Below are positions 36,203-45,630 of a DNA stretch of 64,000 nucleotides, piece after piece. The stretch's first letter is position 1. Every line of letters starts with the position of its first letter. Location of the stretch: contig JBAZLC010000003.1 in the NCBI GenBank assembly GCA_041650415.1, forward strand, positions 2,033-66,032, read 5' to 3'. The DNA is from Minisyncoccota bacterium (lineage in GTDB: Bacteria > Patescibacteriota > Minisyncoccia > UBA6257 > UBA9933). The notes under the pieces are model-generated. The model was not told where the DNA came from and ran no database searches. It was given only the letters and a program-made list of their open reading frames with translations. A program made the translations under genes and the position numbers.

Positions 36203-38017
36203 ATGAATTTAAGAAATATAGCCATTATCGCGCATGTTGACCACGGCAAAACCACTTTAGTGGACGCTCTTTTGAGACAATCGGAAAATTTTAAAATGAA
36301 AACCGACGCTCCGAAAGACTTGATTATGGATTCGAACGAACTTGAAAGAGAAAGGGGAATTACCATTTTTTCCAAAAACGCCTCAATCAAATACCACGAT
36401 ATAAAAATAAACATTGTTGATACTCCGGGACACGCCGATTTCGGCGGAGAAGTCGAACGCATCATGCGCATGGTTGATGGCGTGCTTTTACTTGTCGACG
36501 CCAAAGAGGGCCCGATGCCTCAGACGAAATTCGTTTTGAGAAAAGCCATTCAGGCCGGACACAAAATAATCGTCGTTATAAATAAAATAGACAAGCCGAA
36601 CGCCAGGCCGGAGTGGGTTTTAAACGCCACTTATGATTTGTTTTTCGAACTTGGAGCCAGCGAATCGCAAATAGAATTTCCGGTAATTTACGCTTCGGCG
36701 ATTACGGGCAAAGCCGGCTACGAGCCGAATCTTGAAAAAATGGAAAACGTGGAATGTATTTTTGAAACGATTATAAAATATATTCCCGAGCCGGTTGTCG
36801 ACGAATCAAAGCCGTTGCAAATGCTGACGGTTAATTTGGCGTACGATAATTATAAAGGGAAAATCGCGGTGGGCAGACTTTATTCCGGAACTTTAAAAAA
36901 GGGAACAACCATAGCGTACATAAATCGCAATGGAGAAATAAAACAAATCAAACTTACTTCGGTCATGCTTTTTGACGGCTTGAATAAAATTGACGTTGAA
37001 GAGGCAAGTGCCGGAGATATTGTGGCGGTCGCCGGAATTCCCGATATCTCAATAGGCGAGACAATCGCCGACCCGAAAAATCCGATTGCTTTGCCGACAA
37101 TTCAGATAGACGAACCGACAATTAAAATGACTTTTGGCGTAAATACTTCGCCGTTTAAAGGCAAAGAAGGAGAGTACACGACTTCACGTAATTTAAAAGA
37201 CCGGCTTGAACGCGAACTTGAAACGGACGTTGCGCTCTCGGTCGCTCCAGGGGAAACAACCGATCGCTGGGTCGTTTCCGGCCGCGGAGAACTTCACTTG
37301 GCGATTTTAATTGAGAAAATGCGCCGCGAAGGTTTTGAGCTGGAAGTTTCCAAGCCCCAGGTTATTTTTAAAGAAGTAAACGGTAAAAAAATGGAACCGA
37401 TGGAACTTGTTTCCATTGAAACGCCCGAGGCGTATTCGGGAACTATAATTGAAATGATGGGCAAGCGTTCCGGCATAATGAAAGAAATGCGGGTTGACCA
37501 GGGGATTGTTTATATGGATTTTACCATTCCGACGCGGGGCTTAATCGGTTCGCGCGGAGAATTTTTGACCAGCACAAAGGGCATGGGAATCATGAATAGC
37601 ATCTTTTTGGGCTATGAAGAATATAAGGGAGAAATTCGTCCCGAGACGCGCGGTTCAATTGTGGCTACCGAGACGGGAGTCTCAAATAACTTCGGCTTGG
37701 TTGCCGCGCAAGGCAGAGGAAAATTGTTTATGAGCGCCGGCGTTCCGGTTTATGAAGGAATGGTTGTCGGCCAAAACGCGAAAGCGGGCGATATTCCCGT
37801 GAATGTTTGTAAACAAAGAGAGCTTACAAACTTCAGAGCTAAAAACGAAGGGCTTCAGGACCAACTTGAAGTGCCTCTTACTCTTACTCTTGAAGACGCT
37901 TTAAGTTATATCGGCGATGATGAAATGGTTGAGGTTACTCCCAAGAGCGTCCGTATTAGAAAAATACTTCTTACCGAAATCGAAAGAAAAAGAGTCAGAC
38001 GCGACGTAAAGAATTAG
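36203..38017 (+). CDS. typA: Translational GTPase TypA/BipA
   Basis: 604 aa with [23 protein letters not shown] and NKID motifs, in BipA-type domain order. Confidence 0.93.
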   Translation: MNLRNIAIIAHVDHGKTTLVDALLRQSENFKMKTDAPKDLIMDSNELERERGITIFSKNASIKYHDIKINIVDTPGHADFGGEVERIMRMVDGVLLLVDAKEGPMPQTKFVLRKAIQAGHKIIVVINKIDKPNARPEWVLNATYDLFFELGASESQIEFPVIYASAITGKAGYEPNLEKMENVECIFETIIKYIPEPVVDESKPLQMLTVNLAYDNYKGKIAVGRLYSGTLKKGTTIAYINRNGEIKQIKLTSVMLFDGLNKIDVEEASAGDIVAVAGIPDISIGETIADPKNPIALPTIQIDEPTIKMTFGVNTSPFKGKEGEYTTSRNLKDRLERELETDVALSVAPGETTDRWVVSGRGELHLAILIEKMRREGFELEVSKPQVIFKEVNGKKMEPMELVSIETPEAYSGTIIEMMGKRSGIMKEMRVDQGIVYMDFTIPTRGLIGSRGEFLTSTKGMGIMNSIFLGYEEYKGEIRPETRGSIVATETGVSNNFGLVAAQGRGKLFMSAGVPVYEGMVVGQNAKAGDIPVNVCKQRELTNFRAKNEGLQDQLEVPLTLTLEDALSYIGDDEMVEVTPKSVRIRKILLTEIERKRVRRDVKN

Positions 38018-38026
38018 CCGTTATTT

Positions 38027-38875
38027 TTATTTACAATTATTTTCGAATTTTTCCAAGTACTCCGGATTTTTTCGCAAAATTTCATCGATGTAGGGAGAGC
38101 CGTTGTTAAAAAGATTATTGAAAGATTCGCAGACAGCCGTGTTTTTAACATTTTTTTCGCCGGATTCGATATCAAGGCTTCCGGCGAGATTTTTTTCTTC
38201 GTCCGGTTTTTTAACTTCAACAACGGGCGATTCGGCACCTTTTGAGTCTTCAATGCTGGTTGCGGAAAAACCGCCGGCCGCGCCGGTAGGAGTAGAGGAA
38301 GCAGACAGTCCGGCGGATGGGGCGAACATTGTAACCGTTTGCGGAACATTTTCCGGAACGCTTTGCGCGGTATTTCGTGCGTTATCTTGCTGAACGCTTT
38401 TTTGGAAAGTTTGTTGAATTGTGGCAACGGCGCCTGTCTCGATTCCGTCACCAAGAGCGGCCATGGAATCACTTATCGAGTTATTTAAATCTTCCAAAAG
38501 TTTTGTTTCTTTGGATGGGTCGGGATTATTTTGGGCAATACTTTCTATTTCTTTAAGCCTGCGTCCGGCGAATTCCAGCTGGAGCAATGGTTTTTCGTCG
38601 GTGCTTGCGACGGTCAAACTGACGGATTCGTAAGCGCGTTTCATCGGATAAAGCAGGCTGTCTATTCCGGCATTTGTCTGGTCGGCGTAAACCGCCGAAG
38701 AGCTAACAACAAGCATTAAAGATATTACGCCGGCAAAGCCGAGCGCGAACGGGCGGTATGAATACCGGCTTTTTTGAGCCCCGGGGAATTTATTTCTGAA
38801 GCTTACCATGTAAACGGATTTGGTTTTTTCCAGAAAATCCTTATTAGCTTTTAATATTTTATTAAAATCTTTCAT
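38027..38875 (-). CDS. Putative anti-sigma factor (cytoplasmic N-domain, one TM, Q/S/T-rich extracytoplasmic domain)
   Basis: Immediately downstream of the ECF sigma gene (TAAATG junction), with a single TM and a low-complexity periplasmic part. Confidence 0.45.
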   Translation of the reverse strand: MKDFNKILKANKDFLEKTKSVYMVSFRNKFPGAQKSRYSYRPFALGFAGVISLMLVVSSSAVYADQTNAGIDSLLYPMKRAYESVSLTVASTDEKPLLQLEFAGRRLKEIESIAQNNPDPSKETKLLEDLNNSISDSMAALGDGIETGAVATIQQTFQKSVQQDNARNTAQSVPENVPQTVTMFAPSAGLSASSTPTGAAGGFSATSIEDSKGAESPVVEVKKPDEEKNLAGSLDIESGEKNVKNTAVCESFNNLFNNGSPYIDEILRKNPEYLEKFENNCK

Positions 38876-39445
38876 TTATTTTAAATTATCTTTTATTTTG
38901 TTTTTGATGCGCATGGCGCTGATTCTCAGCGAGCCTTCGCTTTTGTCCAACATTCGCGATATTTCACGGAATGAAAGCTGGGCGATGAAGCGCATTTCAA
39001 AAATCTCTTGTTCTTCCGGCTGTAAGGTTTTTAAAAATTCAAATACTTTATTTAATTCAATTTTATTTTCCAGACGTCGGGATTCATCGATGGCGGAAGC
39101 CTCTTCAAGGATTTCTTCTTTAAGTTCGGAAAAATTATTCGATTTTTTATTATCTGAACTGCGATAATAATCTATAAGAGTGTTTCTCGCCAATTGCCAA
39201 AACCAGGAGGAAAAGTTTCCCAATTTCGGGTCGAACAATTCAACTTTGCTTACCAGTTTTAGAAAAATATCTTGCGCTAAATCTTCGGCGGTTGGTTTGC
39301 TGCGAGTCCGGCTAAACAGAAATCCGAATAATCTATTCGCGAAATATTTGTAAATTTCTTCGGCGGCTCCGGCGTCGCCTTTTTGCATTTTTTTGGCGAG
39401 ACGGTTTAATCTCCGCCCGCGGTAATTTTCCAAGAGATTATCCAT
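38876..39445 (-). CDS. ECF-type RNA polymerase sigma factor (sigma-70 regions 2 and 4)
   Basis: DLAQDIFLKL...FSSWFWQLARN (region 2) and LQPEEQEIFEMRFIAQLSFREISRML (region 4 HTH). Confidence 0.8.
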   Translation of the reverse strand: MDNLLENYRGRRLNRLAKKMQKGDAGAAEEIYKYFANRLFGFLFSRTRSKPTAEDLAQDIFLKLVSKVELFDPKLGNFSSWFWQLARNTLIDYYRSSDNKKSNNFSELKEEILEEASAIDESRRLENKIELNKVFEFLKTLQPEEQEIFEMRFIAQLSFREISRMLDKSEGSLRISAMRIKNKIKDNLK

Positions 39446-39619
39446 AGTATATTACGAATATATTGTAATAATGTTACTTTGGCAAGCCTGGATTACCGCT
39501 TTTGAGATACTAATTTTATTGACAATGGAAATTTTCGGATCCATACTGATTAAAGTTAAGCTTAGGTCTTAAACAATTAAACATGACTGTTTTTGAATAA
39601 ACAAAGAAAAGGAGGCTTT

Positions 39620-41062
39620 ATGAGTAATATTCAGAAAACGGGCAACGGTTTGAAAAAGCGGGTGTTCCCGGACGGCAAAAACGTTTATTTCATCGACACC
39701 AGCGCTATCATGCATAATCCGAGTGTCGTTGAGAAGCTCAGCTCCGACGGGAACGTGGTCGTTCTGTCAATTTACGTTTTGGCGGAGCTCGATGCCGCCA
39801 AAAAATTTCAGGATGAGAAAGGAGTAAACGCCCGTACGATCGCCCGGCTCTTGGACGAATACCGAAGCCAGGGATCATTGGTTTCCGGAGTCAAAACGAA
39901 AAGCGGCGGGATCATTGTTGTTGACCACAATGGCGATGATAAAGCTTTCAAAAAACGCATGGCGGGTCTCGAAAAGACCAACGATAATCGCATCATCGAT
40001 GCGGCTCTCAGATGGAAGAATGAATCCGAGGGAAAGTATAAAAAGATCGCCTTGGTGAGCAAGGACATCAATTTGCGGGTGAAGGCGAACGCTTTCGGTA
40101 TCGACTCCGAAAATTACGAAAGCGACAAAAGCATCGCCAGACTCGACGAATTGTACTCGGGTTTCGCCGGCGTTTCTTTGGAAAACCCCGATTTTCTCAG
40201 GTTATTAAACCAAACTGGTTCTTTTTCGGTAAACGCTTTATCTGAACCGGACCTGGCAAAAATCGGTGCGTTGATGCCGAATCAGTGCTTGGAGATCAGC
40301 GTCAGCGAGAAAACTGCGCTGGCGATTTTCAAAAAATCTCAAGGCGTGTTCACCCTCGTGAAAAAACCTGTTCGTCCCGGCCTCGAAGAAGAAAAAAACG
40401 TTTCAGTCAGACCCAGGAATAACGAGCAGGCATTCGCCTTCAAGTTGCTCATGGATCAAACGATTTCCTTGATTGCTTTATCGGGGAAGGCCGGTACCGG
40501 AAAGACTTTGTTCGCGCTTCTTGCGGCCTTTGAGCAATTGGGAAATCCGTACAAAGGGATTGAGGTTTATCGGCCGAACGAAGAAATCGGAAACAAACTG
40601 GGAGCTCTTCCTGGGGACATCGGCGAAAAATTCGGCCCATGGACAAAACCTATCTTCGACAACCTCAGGTTGGTTTTGAAAAACGGCAAGGACGACGGGA
40701 AACAACATACAGGCAAAGGCCACAATATGACGAGGGATTATCTGGTTGAGAGCGGCCAATTCGAGATTATGCCGATAAACTTTATCAGGGGGAGGAGTAT
40801 AAACAACGAATTCGTTATCGTCGACGAAGCGCAAAATTTATCTCCTCACGAGATAAAGACCATCCTTACCAGGGCGGGCGATGGCACAAAGGTTGTGTTG
40901 ACGGGCGATTGTTCCCAGATAGACACTCCTTATCTCGATCCAGTCAGTAACGGCCTCTCGTATGCGATCGAAAGATTCAAAGGACAGGAAGTTTTTGGAA
41001 CACTTACGCTTCAACGCGGCGAGAGATCGTATCTTTCCGAGCTGGCGGCTAAGTTGATGTAA
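39620..41062 (+). CDS. PhoH-like ATPase with N-terminal PIN domain (YlaK-type)
   Basis: VYFIDTSAIMHNP (PIN) and LIALSGKAGTGKT (PhoH P-loop). The ATG at 39620 is preceded by AAGGAGG. The gene is ~50% GC, clearly richer than neighbours. Confidence 0.8.
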   Translation: MSNIQKTGNGLKKRVFPDGKNVYFIDTSAIMHNPSVVEKLSSDGNVVVLSIYVLAELDAAKKFQDEKGVNARTIARLLDEYRSQGSLVSGVKTKSGGIIVVDHNGDDKAFKKRMAGLEKTNDNRIIDAALRWKNESEGKYKKIALVSKDINLRVKANAFGIDSENYESDKSIARLDELYSGFAGVSLENPDFLRLLNQTGSFSVNALSEPDLAKIGALMPNQCLEISVSEKTALAIFKKSQGVFTLVKKPVRPGLEEEKNVSVRPRNNEQAFAFKLLMDQTISLIALSGKAGTGKTLFALLAAFEQLGNPYKGIEVYRPNEEIGNKLGALPGDIGEKFGPWTKPIFDNLRLVLKNGKDDGKQHTGKGHNMTRDYLVESGQFEIMPINFIRGRSINNEFVIVDEAQNLSPHEIKTILTRAGDGTKVVLTGDCSQIDTPYLDPVSNGLSYAIERFKGQEVFGTLTLQRGERSYLSELAAKLM

Positions 41063-41069
41063 TGACGGT

Positions 41070-41110
41070 TTCCCCGGGCGCTGATTGATTTCGCGCCCGG
41101 GGATTTTTTA
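41070..41110 (+). terminator. Strong intrinsic terminator (TCCCCGGGCGC...GCGCCCGGGGA plus TTTTTT)
   Basis: 11-bp GC-rich stem and a T-run after the PhoH-like gene. Confidence 0.7.
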
Positions 41111-41149
41111 ATTGTAATTTTATCTAAATTAGTGTAAGATAGGCGTTAT

Positions 41150-41641
41150 ATGAATAAAAATCTTACTATTTTGTTGGTTATCATGGCGATTGTAATTGCT
41201 TTGGTCGGCGTTTATTTATTTATGGGAAATAAAAATGAAGATGAAACAGGGGAGAATTTAAATAATAATATTAATAATCAAAATCAAATGGAAAATAAAA
41301 CTTTGGAAGATGGTTTGCAAATAATAGATGAAGTCATTGGAACCGGCGCTGAAGCGAAAGCCGGAGATATTGTCAGTGTGAACTATATTGGCACTTTGGA
41401 AAACGGCAAAAAATTCGACAGTTCTTACGACAGGAATCAGCCGTTTTCTTTTACTTTGGGAATCGGACAGGTGATTAGGGGTTGGGATGAAGGAGTTGCC
41501 GGAATGAAAATCGGCGGCAAAAGAAAACTTGTTATTCCGCCGGCGCTTGCGTATGGCAGCCAAGAAGTTGGCAATGGTTTAATTCCCGCGAATTCAACTT
41601 TAATTTTTGAGGTTGAGCTTTTAGGCGTTCAATCGCAATAA
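41150..41641 (+). CDS. FKBP-type peptidyl-prolyl cis-trans isomerase, membrane-anchored
   Basis: An FKBP domain (VNYIGTLENGKKFDSSYDRNQPFSFTLGIGQVIRGWDEGV...LIFEVELL) after an N-terminal TM. Confidence 0.88.
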   Translation: MNKNLTILLVIMAIVIALVGVYLFMGNKNEDETGENLNNNINNQNQMENKTLEDGLQIIDEVIGTGAEAKAGDIVSVNYIGTLENGKKFDSSYDRNQPFSFTLGIGQVIRGWDEGVAGMKIGGKRKLVIPPALAYGSQEVGNGLIPANSTLIFEVELLGVQSQ

Positions 41642-41656
41642 TTAAAATATAATTCA

Positions 41657-42907
41657 ATGAATAAATCTTCCGGTTTCTACAATCTTGGTATTGCTCCGAA
41701 CATCTTGGAAATACTTGATAAGTTTAATTTTAAAGTTCCTACTCCAATTCAGGAAAAGTCTATTCCTTTGTCAGTGGAAGGAAAAGATATGATAGGCGTT
41801 GCTCAAACGGGCACGGGCAAAACGCTGGCTTTTGCCATTCCAATGATTCAAGCCGCGCTTAACGGCAAAAAAGGGCTTGTAATATTGCCCACAAGAGAAC
41901 TTGCTTCCCAGGTAAATAACGTTTTTCGCAAATTCGGAGCGCCTCTTGGAATAAAAACGGCCGTGCTTATCGGAGGTGAACCTATCCGCCATCAAATTAG
42001 GAATATCCGCGAAAATCCGCAAATTATAATCGGTACTCCGGGAAGAATTATCGACCATTTGGAACAAAAAATTATTTCCCTTAAATCCGTTGGCGTGCTT
42101 ACGCTCGACGAAGCGGACAGGATGCTTGATATGGGTTTTGCTCCGCAATTAAAATTGATACTTCAAGCCGTGCCCCGTGAAAAACAAATGCTTCTTTTTT
42201 CGGCAACCATGCCGAAAGATATCGTTGCTATGGCGCAAGCTCACATGAAACTTCCACTACGGGTTGAAATCGCGCCTTCGGGCACTACGGCAACAAAAGT
42301 CACCCAGGAACTTTTCTTTGTGGAGAAAAACGACAAACCCAGGCTTTTGGAAAAACTTTTATACGAATACCGCGGTTCCGTTTTGATATTTATAAAAACA
42401 AAATTCGGGGCGAAAAAAATCGCTTCAAATGTCCATTCGATGGGACACACGGTTACCGAGCTTCACTCAAACCGTTCGCTTAAACAGCGCCAGGATGCGC
42501 TTGAAGGTTTTAGAAACGGCAAATACCGCGTTCTTGTGGCAACGGATATTGCCGCGCGGGGAATAGACGTAAAGGGGATTGAACTTGTTTTGAATTACGA
42601 CCTTCCCCAAAGTTCCGAAGATTACGTTCATCGCATCGGCAGAACGGCGCGTATCGGCGCGGACGGACACGCCATTTCTTTTGCCACGCCGGATCAGCGC
42701 GGCAAGGTAAAAGGCATAGAAAGGCTTATTCGGACGGCATTGCCGGTTTCAAGGCTTCCGGAGCTTCCGCCATTACGAAGAAGCGATTTGATACGCGAAA
42801 GAACAGAGCCGCGTTTTAGTAGAGGCGGTTCCGGCAGGAATAGTTTTGGCAGAAACAAAAGACTTTCAGAGCGTAGAAGCTCTAATTCTTATAGGGGCAG
42901 GAGATAG
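41657..42907 (+). CDS. DEAD-box ATP-dependent RNA helicase with RS/RG-rich C-terminal tail
   Basis: Q-motif, AQTGTGKT, DEAD and SAT motifs, with ...SRGGSGRNSFGRNKRLSERRSS at the C-terminus. Confidence 0.9.
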   Translation: MNKSSGFYNLGIAPNILEILDKFNFKVPTPIQEKSIPLSVEGKDMIGVAQTGTGKTLAFAIPMIQAALNGKKGLVILPTRELASQVNNVFRKFGAPLGIKTAVLIGGEPIRHQIRNIRENPQIIIGTPGRIIDHLEQKIISLKSVGVLTLDEADRMLDMGFAPQLKLILQAVPREKQMLLFSATMPKDIVAMAQAHMKLPLRVEIAPSGTTATKVTQELFFVEKNDKPRLLEKLLYEYRGSVLIFIKTKFGAKKIASNVHSMGHTVTELHSNRSLKQRQDALEGFRNGKYRVLVATDIAARGIDVKGIELVLNYDLPQSSEDYVHRIGRTARIGADGHAISFATPDQRGKVKGIERLIRTALPVSRLPELPPLRRSDLIRERTEPRFSRGGSGRNSFGRNKRLSERRSSNSYRGRR

Positions 42908-42910
42908 TAG

Positions 42911-43873
42911 CTATTTTTCAGCTTTTATCTTATTTAAAATCTCTCTCACTTTTTCAATACTTTCGTCGTCTAAAATTGAAATCGCCATTGCTTTCGGGTT
43001 TATGCCTTTTAGAATCGCGAGTTTAACTTTTAAATCTTTCGGCGCAAGCTGGTCGCTTTTGGTTAAAAACAAATACTCATCTTTTTTTAGAAGTTCGGCG
43101 TTATACAAACCAAGTTCTTTTCTAATAGTTTTGTAATCTTTGCGCGGGTCAGGGGATTCGGCGGAAATAAAATGAAAAATTATTTTTGTTCTTTCGATAT
43201 GGCGCAAAAATTTTATACCCAGGCCTTTACCTTGCGAAGAGCCTTCTATTAATCCCGGAATGTCAGCTAAAACCAGTTCGTAATAAACTCCCAAATTCGG
43301 CTCAAGAGTCGTAAAGGCGTAGTTTGCCACTTTGCTTTTTGAATTTGTGAGCGCGTTTAACAAACTGGATTTTCCAACGTTTGGAAGTCCGACAAAACCG
43401 ATATCGGCAATAAGTTTTAATTCCAGCCGCAATTCAAATTCTTCTCCGGGCAGGCCGGGCTGAAATTCTTTCGGGCTTGTATTACGGGAAGAACGGAAAT
43501 GAAAATTTCCCTTACCGCCGTTTCCGCCTTTTGCCAAAAGCGCGCGTTCGCCGATTTTTACAAGCTCAATTTCTTCGCCGGTAGTCAAATTATGAATCAG
43601 TGTGCCAACCGGAACTCTTAGAATTAAATCTTTTCCATCTTGCCCGTCTCTGAATTGACTTCTGCCTTCTTGTCCGTTTTCGGCGGAAAGTATTTTTTTA
43701 AATCGAAATTGGTTAAGAGCGCTTAAATCGGCAATGGCTTCGGCGTAAACGCTTCCGCCTTTTCCGCCGGTCGCGCCGGTCGGCCCCAAACTCATTAAAT
43801 TTTTATTAAAAGCCACGGCGCCTTTACCGCCATTTCCCGAAGAAACTTTTATTTTTACGTCGTCTATTAACAT
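42911..43873 (-). CDS. obg: GTPase Obg/CgtA
   Basis: An N-terminal glycine-rich Obg fold (GNGGKGAV...GGKGG) plus a G-domain (GLPNVGKSSLL, DIPGLIEG). Confidence 0.9.
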   Translation of the reverse strand: MLIDDVKIKVSSGNGGKGAVAFNKNLMSLGPTGATGGKGGSVYAEAIADLSALNQFRFKKILSAENGQEGRSQFRDGQDGKDLILRVPVGTLIHNLTTGEEIELVKIGERALLAKGGNGGKGNFHFRSSRNTSPKEFQPGLPGEEFELRLELKLIADIGFVGLPNVGKSSLLNALTNSKSKVANYAFTTLEPNLGVYYELVLADIPGLIEGSSQGKGLGIKFLRHIERTKIIFHFISAESPDPRKDYKTIRKELGLYNAELLKKDEYLFLTKSDQLAPKDLKVKLAILKGINPKAMAISILDDESIEKVREILNKIKAEK

Positions 43874-43918
43874 GTTTTTATTATAGGTCTTTTTGAATAA
43901 GTTGTAATAGGAAAAAAT

Positions 43919-43950
43919 AAAAGGCCAATTCCGGGAGGAATTGGCCTTTG
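43919..43950. terminator. Bidirectional terminator hairpin (GGCCAATTCC-GGGA-GGAATTGGCC)
   Basis: Perfect 10-bp stem flanked by an A-run and T-rich sequence, between convergent obg and the GC-rich coiled-coil gene. Confidence 0.55.
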
Positions 43951-43979
43951 TGTGGTTGGTGCGTGTAGCGTTTGCGGGT

Positions 43980-44630
43980 TTACTCGGTCTTCTCGGACAG
44001 GTCGGCGTCGGGGTCGTCGGCGATCGGCTGTGCCAGGATCTTCTGGATAGCGAGAATCGTGTTCTGCAGGTCGGTCCTCGTGGGCCGCTTGGGCAGATTG
44101 GCGATTTCGCTTTCCATCTTTTTCCTGGCGGCGATGAAGCGCAGGATGATTTCCTTGCGCTTGGCGCTCTTCCTCGAAAGTTTCTCGACGGCTTTGCCGA
44201 GCTTCTCCTTCTGCTCGACGAGACGATTGTTGTTCTGTTCGAACATTTCGGCCTTCTCGTCCGATTGCTGGATCTCTTCCCGGAGACGTTTAATGAGTTC
44301 TTCGGTCTCCGCGATACGCTCTTCGGCGTCTTTCTCGAAATCGGCGAGGCGCTTTTCCGTTTGGGTCAGTATTTCCTCGTACCAGGACAGCAGCGTGCCG
44401 AGCATGTCGATTTTGACTTTCATGCCGTTGATTTCGGCTTCGGCCAGGATCAGGGGAATGGGCTTCCTTTCGCCTGTCTTTTTGTCGACGGCTGTAAAAT
44501 CCAGGACCATGCCCGACATTTCCGAAGGCCGTCTCATTTCCATCAGTTTCTGGAAAATGTCGTCGGCGCTTTCGGGACCGCCCATGTTCGCCAACCCCAT
44601 CAATGTTTTCATGATCTGCGATCGCTCCAT
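43980..44630 (-). CDS. Hypothetical coiled-coil protein, ~216 aa, encoded in a ~55% GC island with a canonical SD
   Basis: The minus-strand ORF starting MERSQIMKTLMGLANMGG... is charged and coiled-coil-like (EEILTQTEKRLADFEKDAEERIAETEELIKRLREEIQQ). It is preceded by AAAGGAG. The overlapping plus-strand ORFs have antisense-like composition. Confidence 0.6.
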   Translation of the reverse strand: MERSQIMKTLMGLANMGGPESADDIFQKLMEMRRPSEMSGMVLDFTAVDKKTGERKPIPLILAEAEINGMKVKIDMLGTLLSWYEEILTQTEKRLADFEKDAEERIAETEELIKRLREEIQQSDEKAEMFEQNNNRLVEQKEKLGKAVEKLSRKSAKRKEIILRFIAARKKMESEIANLPKRPTRTDLQNTILAIQKILAQPIADDPDADLSEKTE

Positions 44631-44808
44631 CTTTTTCTCCTTTCCTTGAGTTTGGTTTCCGATTAAAACACTCCTATAAAAAAACGCTATTACGCGTGTA
44701 ATTTGTATCAATGTGCTATTTTAAAACTGCGCTTATTTAAGCAAATTTATGATTTTTTGTCAAATAAAAAGCCGCTTCCGCGTCTCTCGGTGTTTGTTAT
44801 AGTTTATT

Positions 44809-45279
44809 TTAAACTAATAAAAACGCTCCAAGAGCAAGTACTGCTAAGGCGGCGTAAAAAAGAGAAATATGCGGAGACATCATGGCCTTTCTTATTTCAA
44901 TTTCTTTAAATGGCGGAAGTTGGGGAGAAGTAAATTCTTGCGGCCAAACTCCGTTTTGGAAATATCCATTCATCGCGTCGGCAATTTCGTTTCTTCTTGT
45001 TTTATAATTCGCCCGGAAATTTTTATTTACCGCGTCTATCACGCAGAAAAATATCACCATAACTATCCCCAAAAGCAAAATTTCTTTATTTTTTGTCTGA
45101 AATGCCCAGCCGATTGAAGCGCCCCAAAGAGTTGCCGCCCAAGTTTTTATTTTCACGGACATGTCGTCGTATTTATCCATCTGGTTCTGCGACATCTCGA
45201 ATTCCGTTTTGACTATTTCAAACTGTCCGTCACAATCTATTCTTGAAGGAGCTTTTTTGGTTAAAATCGCGGTTTTCAT
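44809..45279 (-). CDS. Hypothetical membrane protein (156 aa, 2 TM)
   Basis: ORF with two hydrophobic helices and no recognisable family. Confidence 0.4.
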   Translation of the reverse strand: MKTAILTKKAPSRIDCDGQFEIVKTEFEMSQNQMDKYDDMSVKIKTWAATLWGASIGWAFQTKNKEILLLGIVMVIFFCVIDAVNKNFRANYKTRRNEIADAMNGYFQNGVWPQEFTSPQLPPFKEIEIRKAMMSPHISLFYAALAVLALGAFLLV

Positions 45280-45282
45280 AAA

Positions 45283-45603
45283 TTATGCAATAATAAGTTG
45301 CGCTATAGTGGCGGCCGCGACTATTAAGATAAGAGAGGCGATAGTGTAAATTATCATTGAGACAGCTTCTTTTTTAAGTCCGTCTAAATAAAGCAAAATC
45401 GGCTTGCCGAAAATCAGCATAGCCATTACGGCAGTTGAAATTACGAAGGTCATCAAAAAAACCATGGGTCCCAAGACGCTTTTATCATCGTCCGGTCCGA
45501 AAATTTTTCCGGCAATAGGCATAAATATTGCTACTAATGCGATATATGCCGCCGCGCACACGGCATTAATAAAAGCGCGTTTTATTATTGTGTTTTTAGT
45601 CAT
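45283..45603 (-). CDS. Hypothetical small membrane protein (106 aa, 3 TM)
   Basis: ORF with three hydrophobic helices, 4 bp upstream of the previous gene. Confidence 0.4.
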   Translation of the reverse strand: MTKNTIIKRAFINAVCAAAYIALVAIFMPIAGKIFGPDDDKSVLGPMVFLMTFVISTAVMAMLIFGKPILLYLDGLKKEAVSMIIYTIASLILIVAAATIAQLIIA

Positions 45604-45630
45604 ATGGCAATTATATCTCTAATTATCTTA

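Noticed and set aside
43941-44666. Two long plus-strand ORFs (241 and 225 aa) overlapping the GC-rich island
   Set aside because: L/G/F-rich antisense-like composition. The minus-strand frame has an SD plus ATG and protein-like coiled-coil sequence, so the plus ORFs are shadows of a GC-rich gene.
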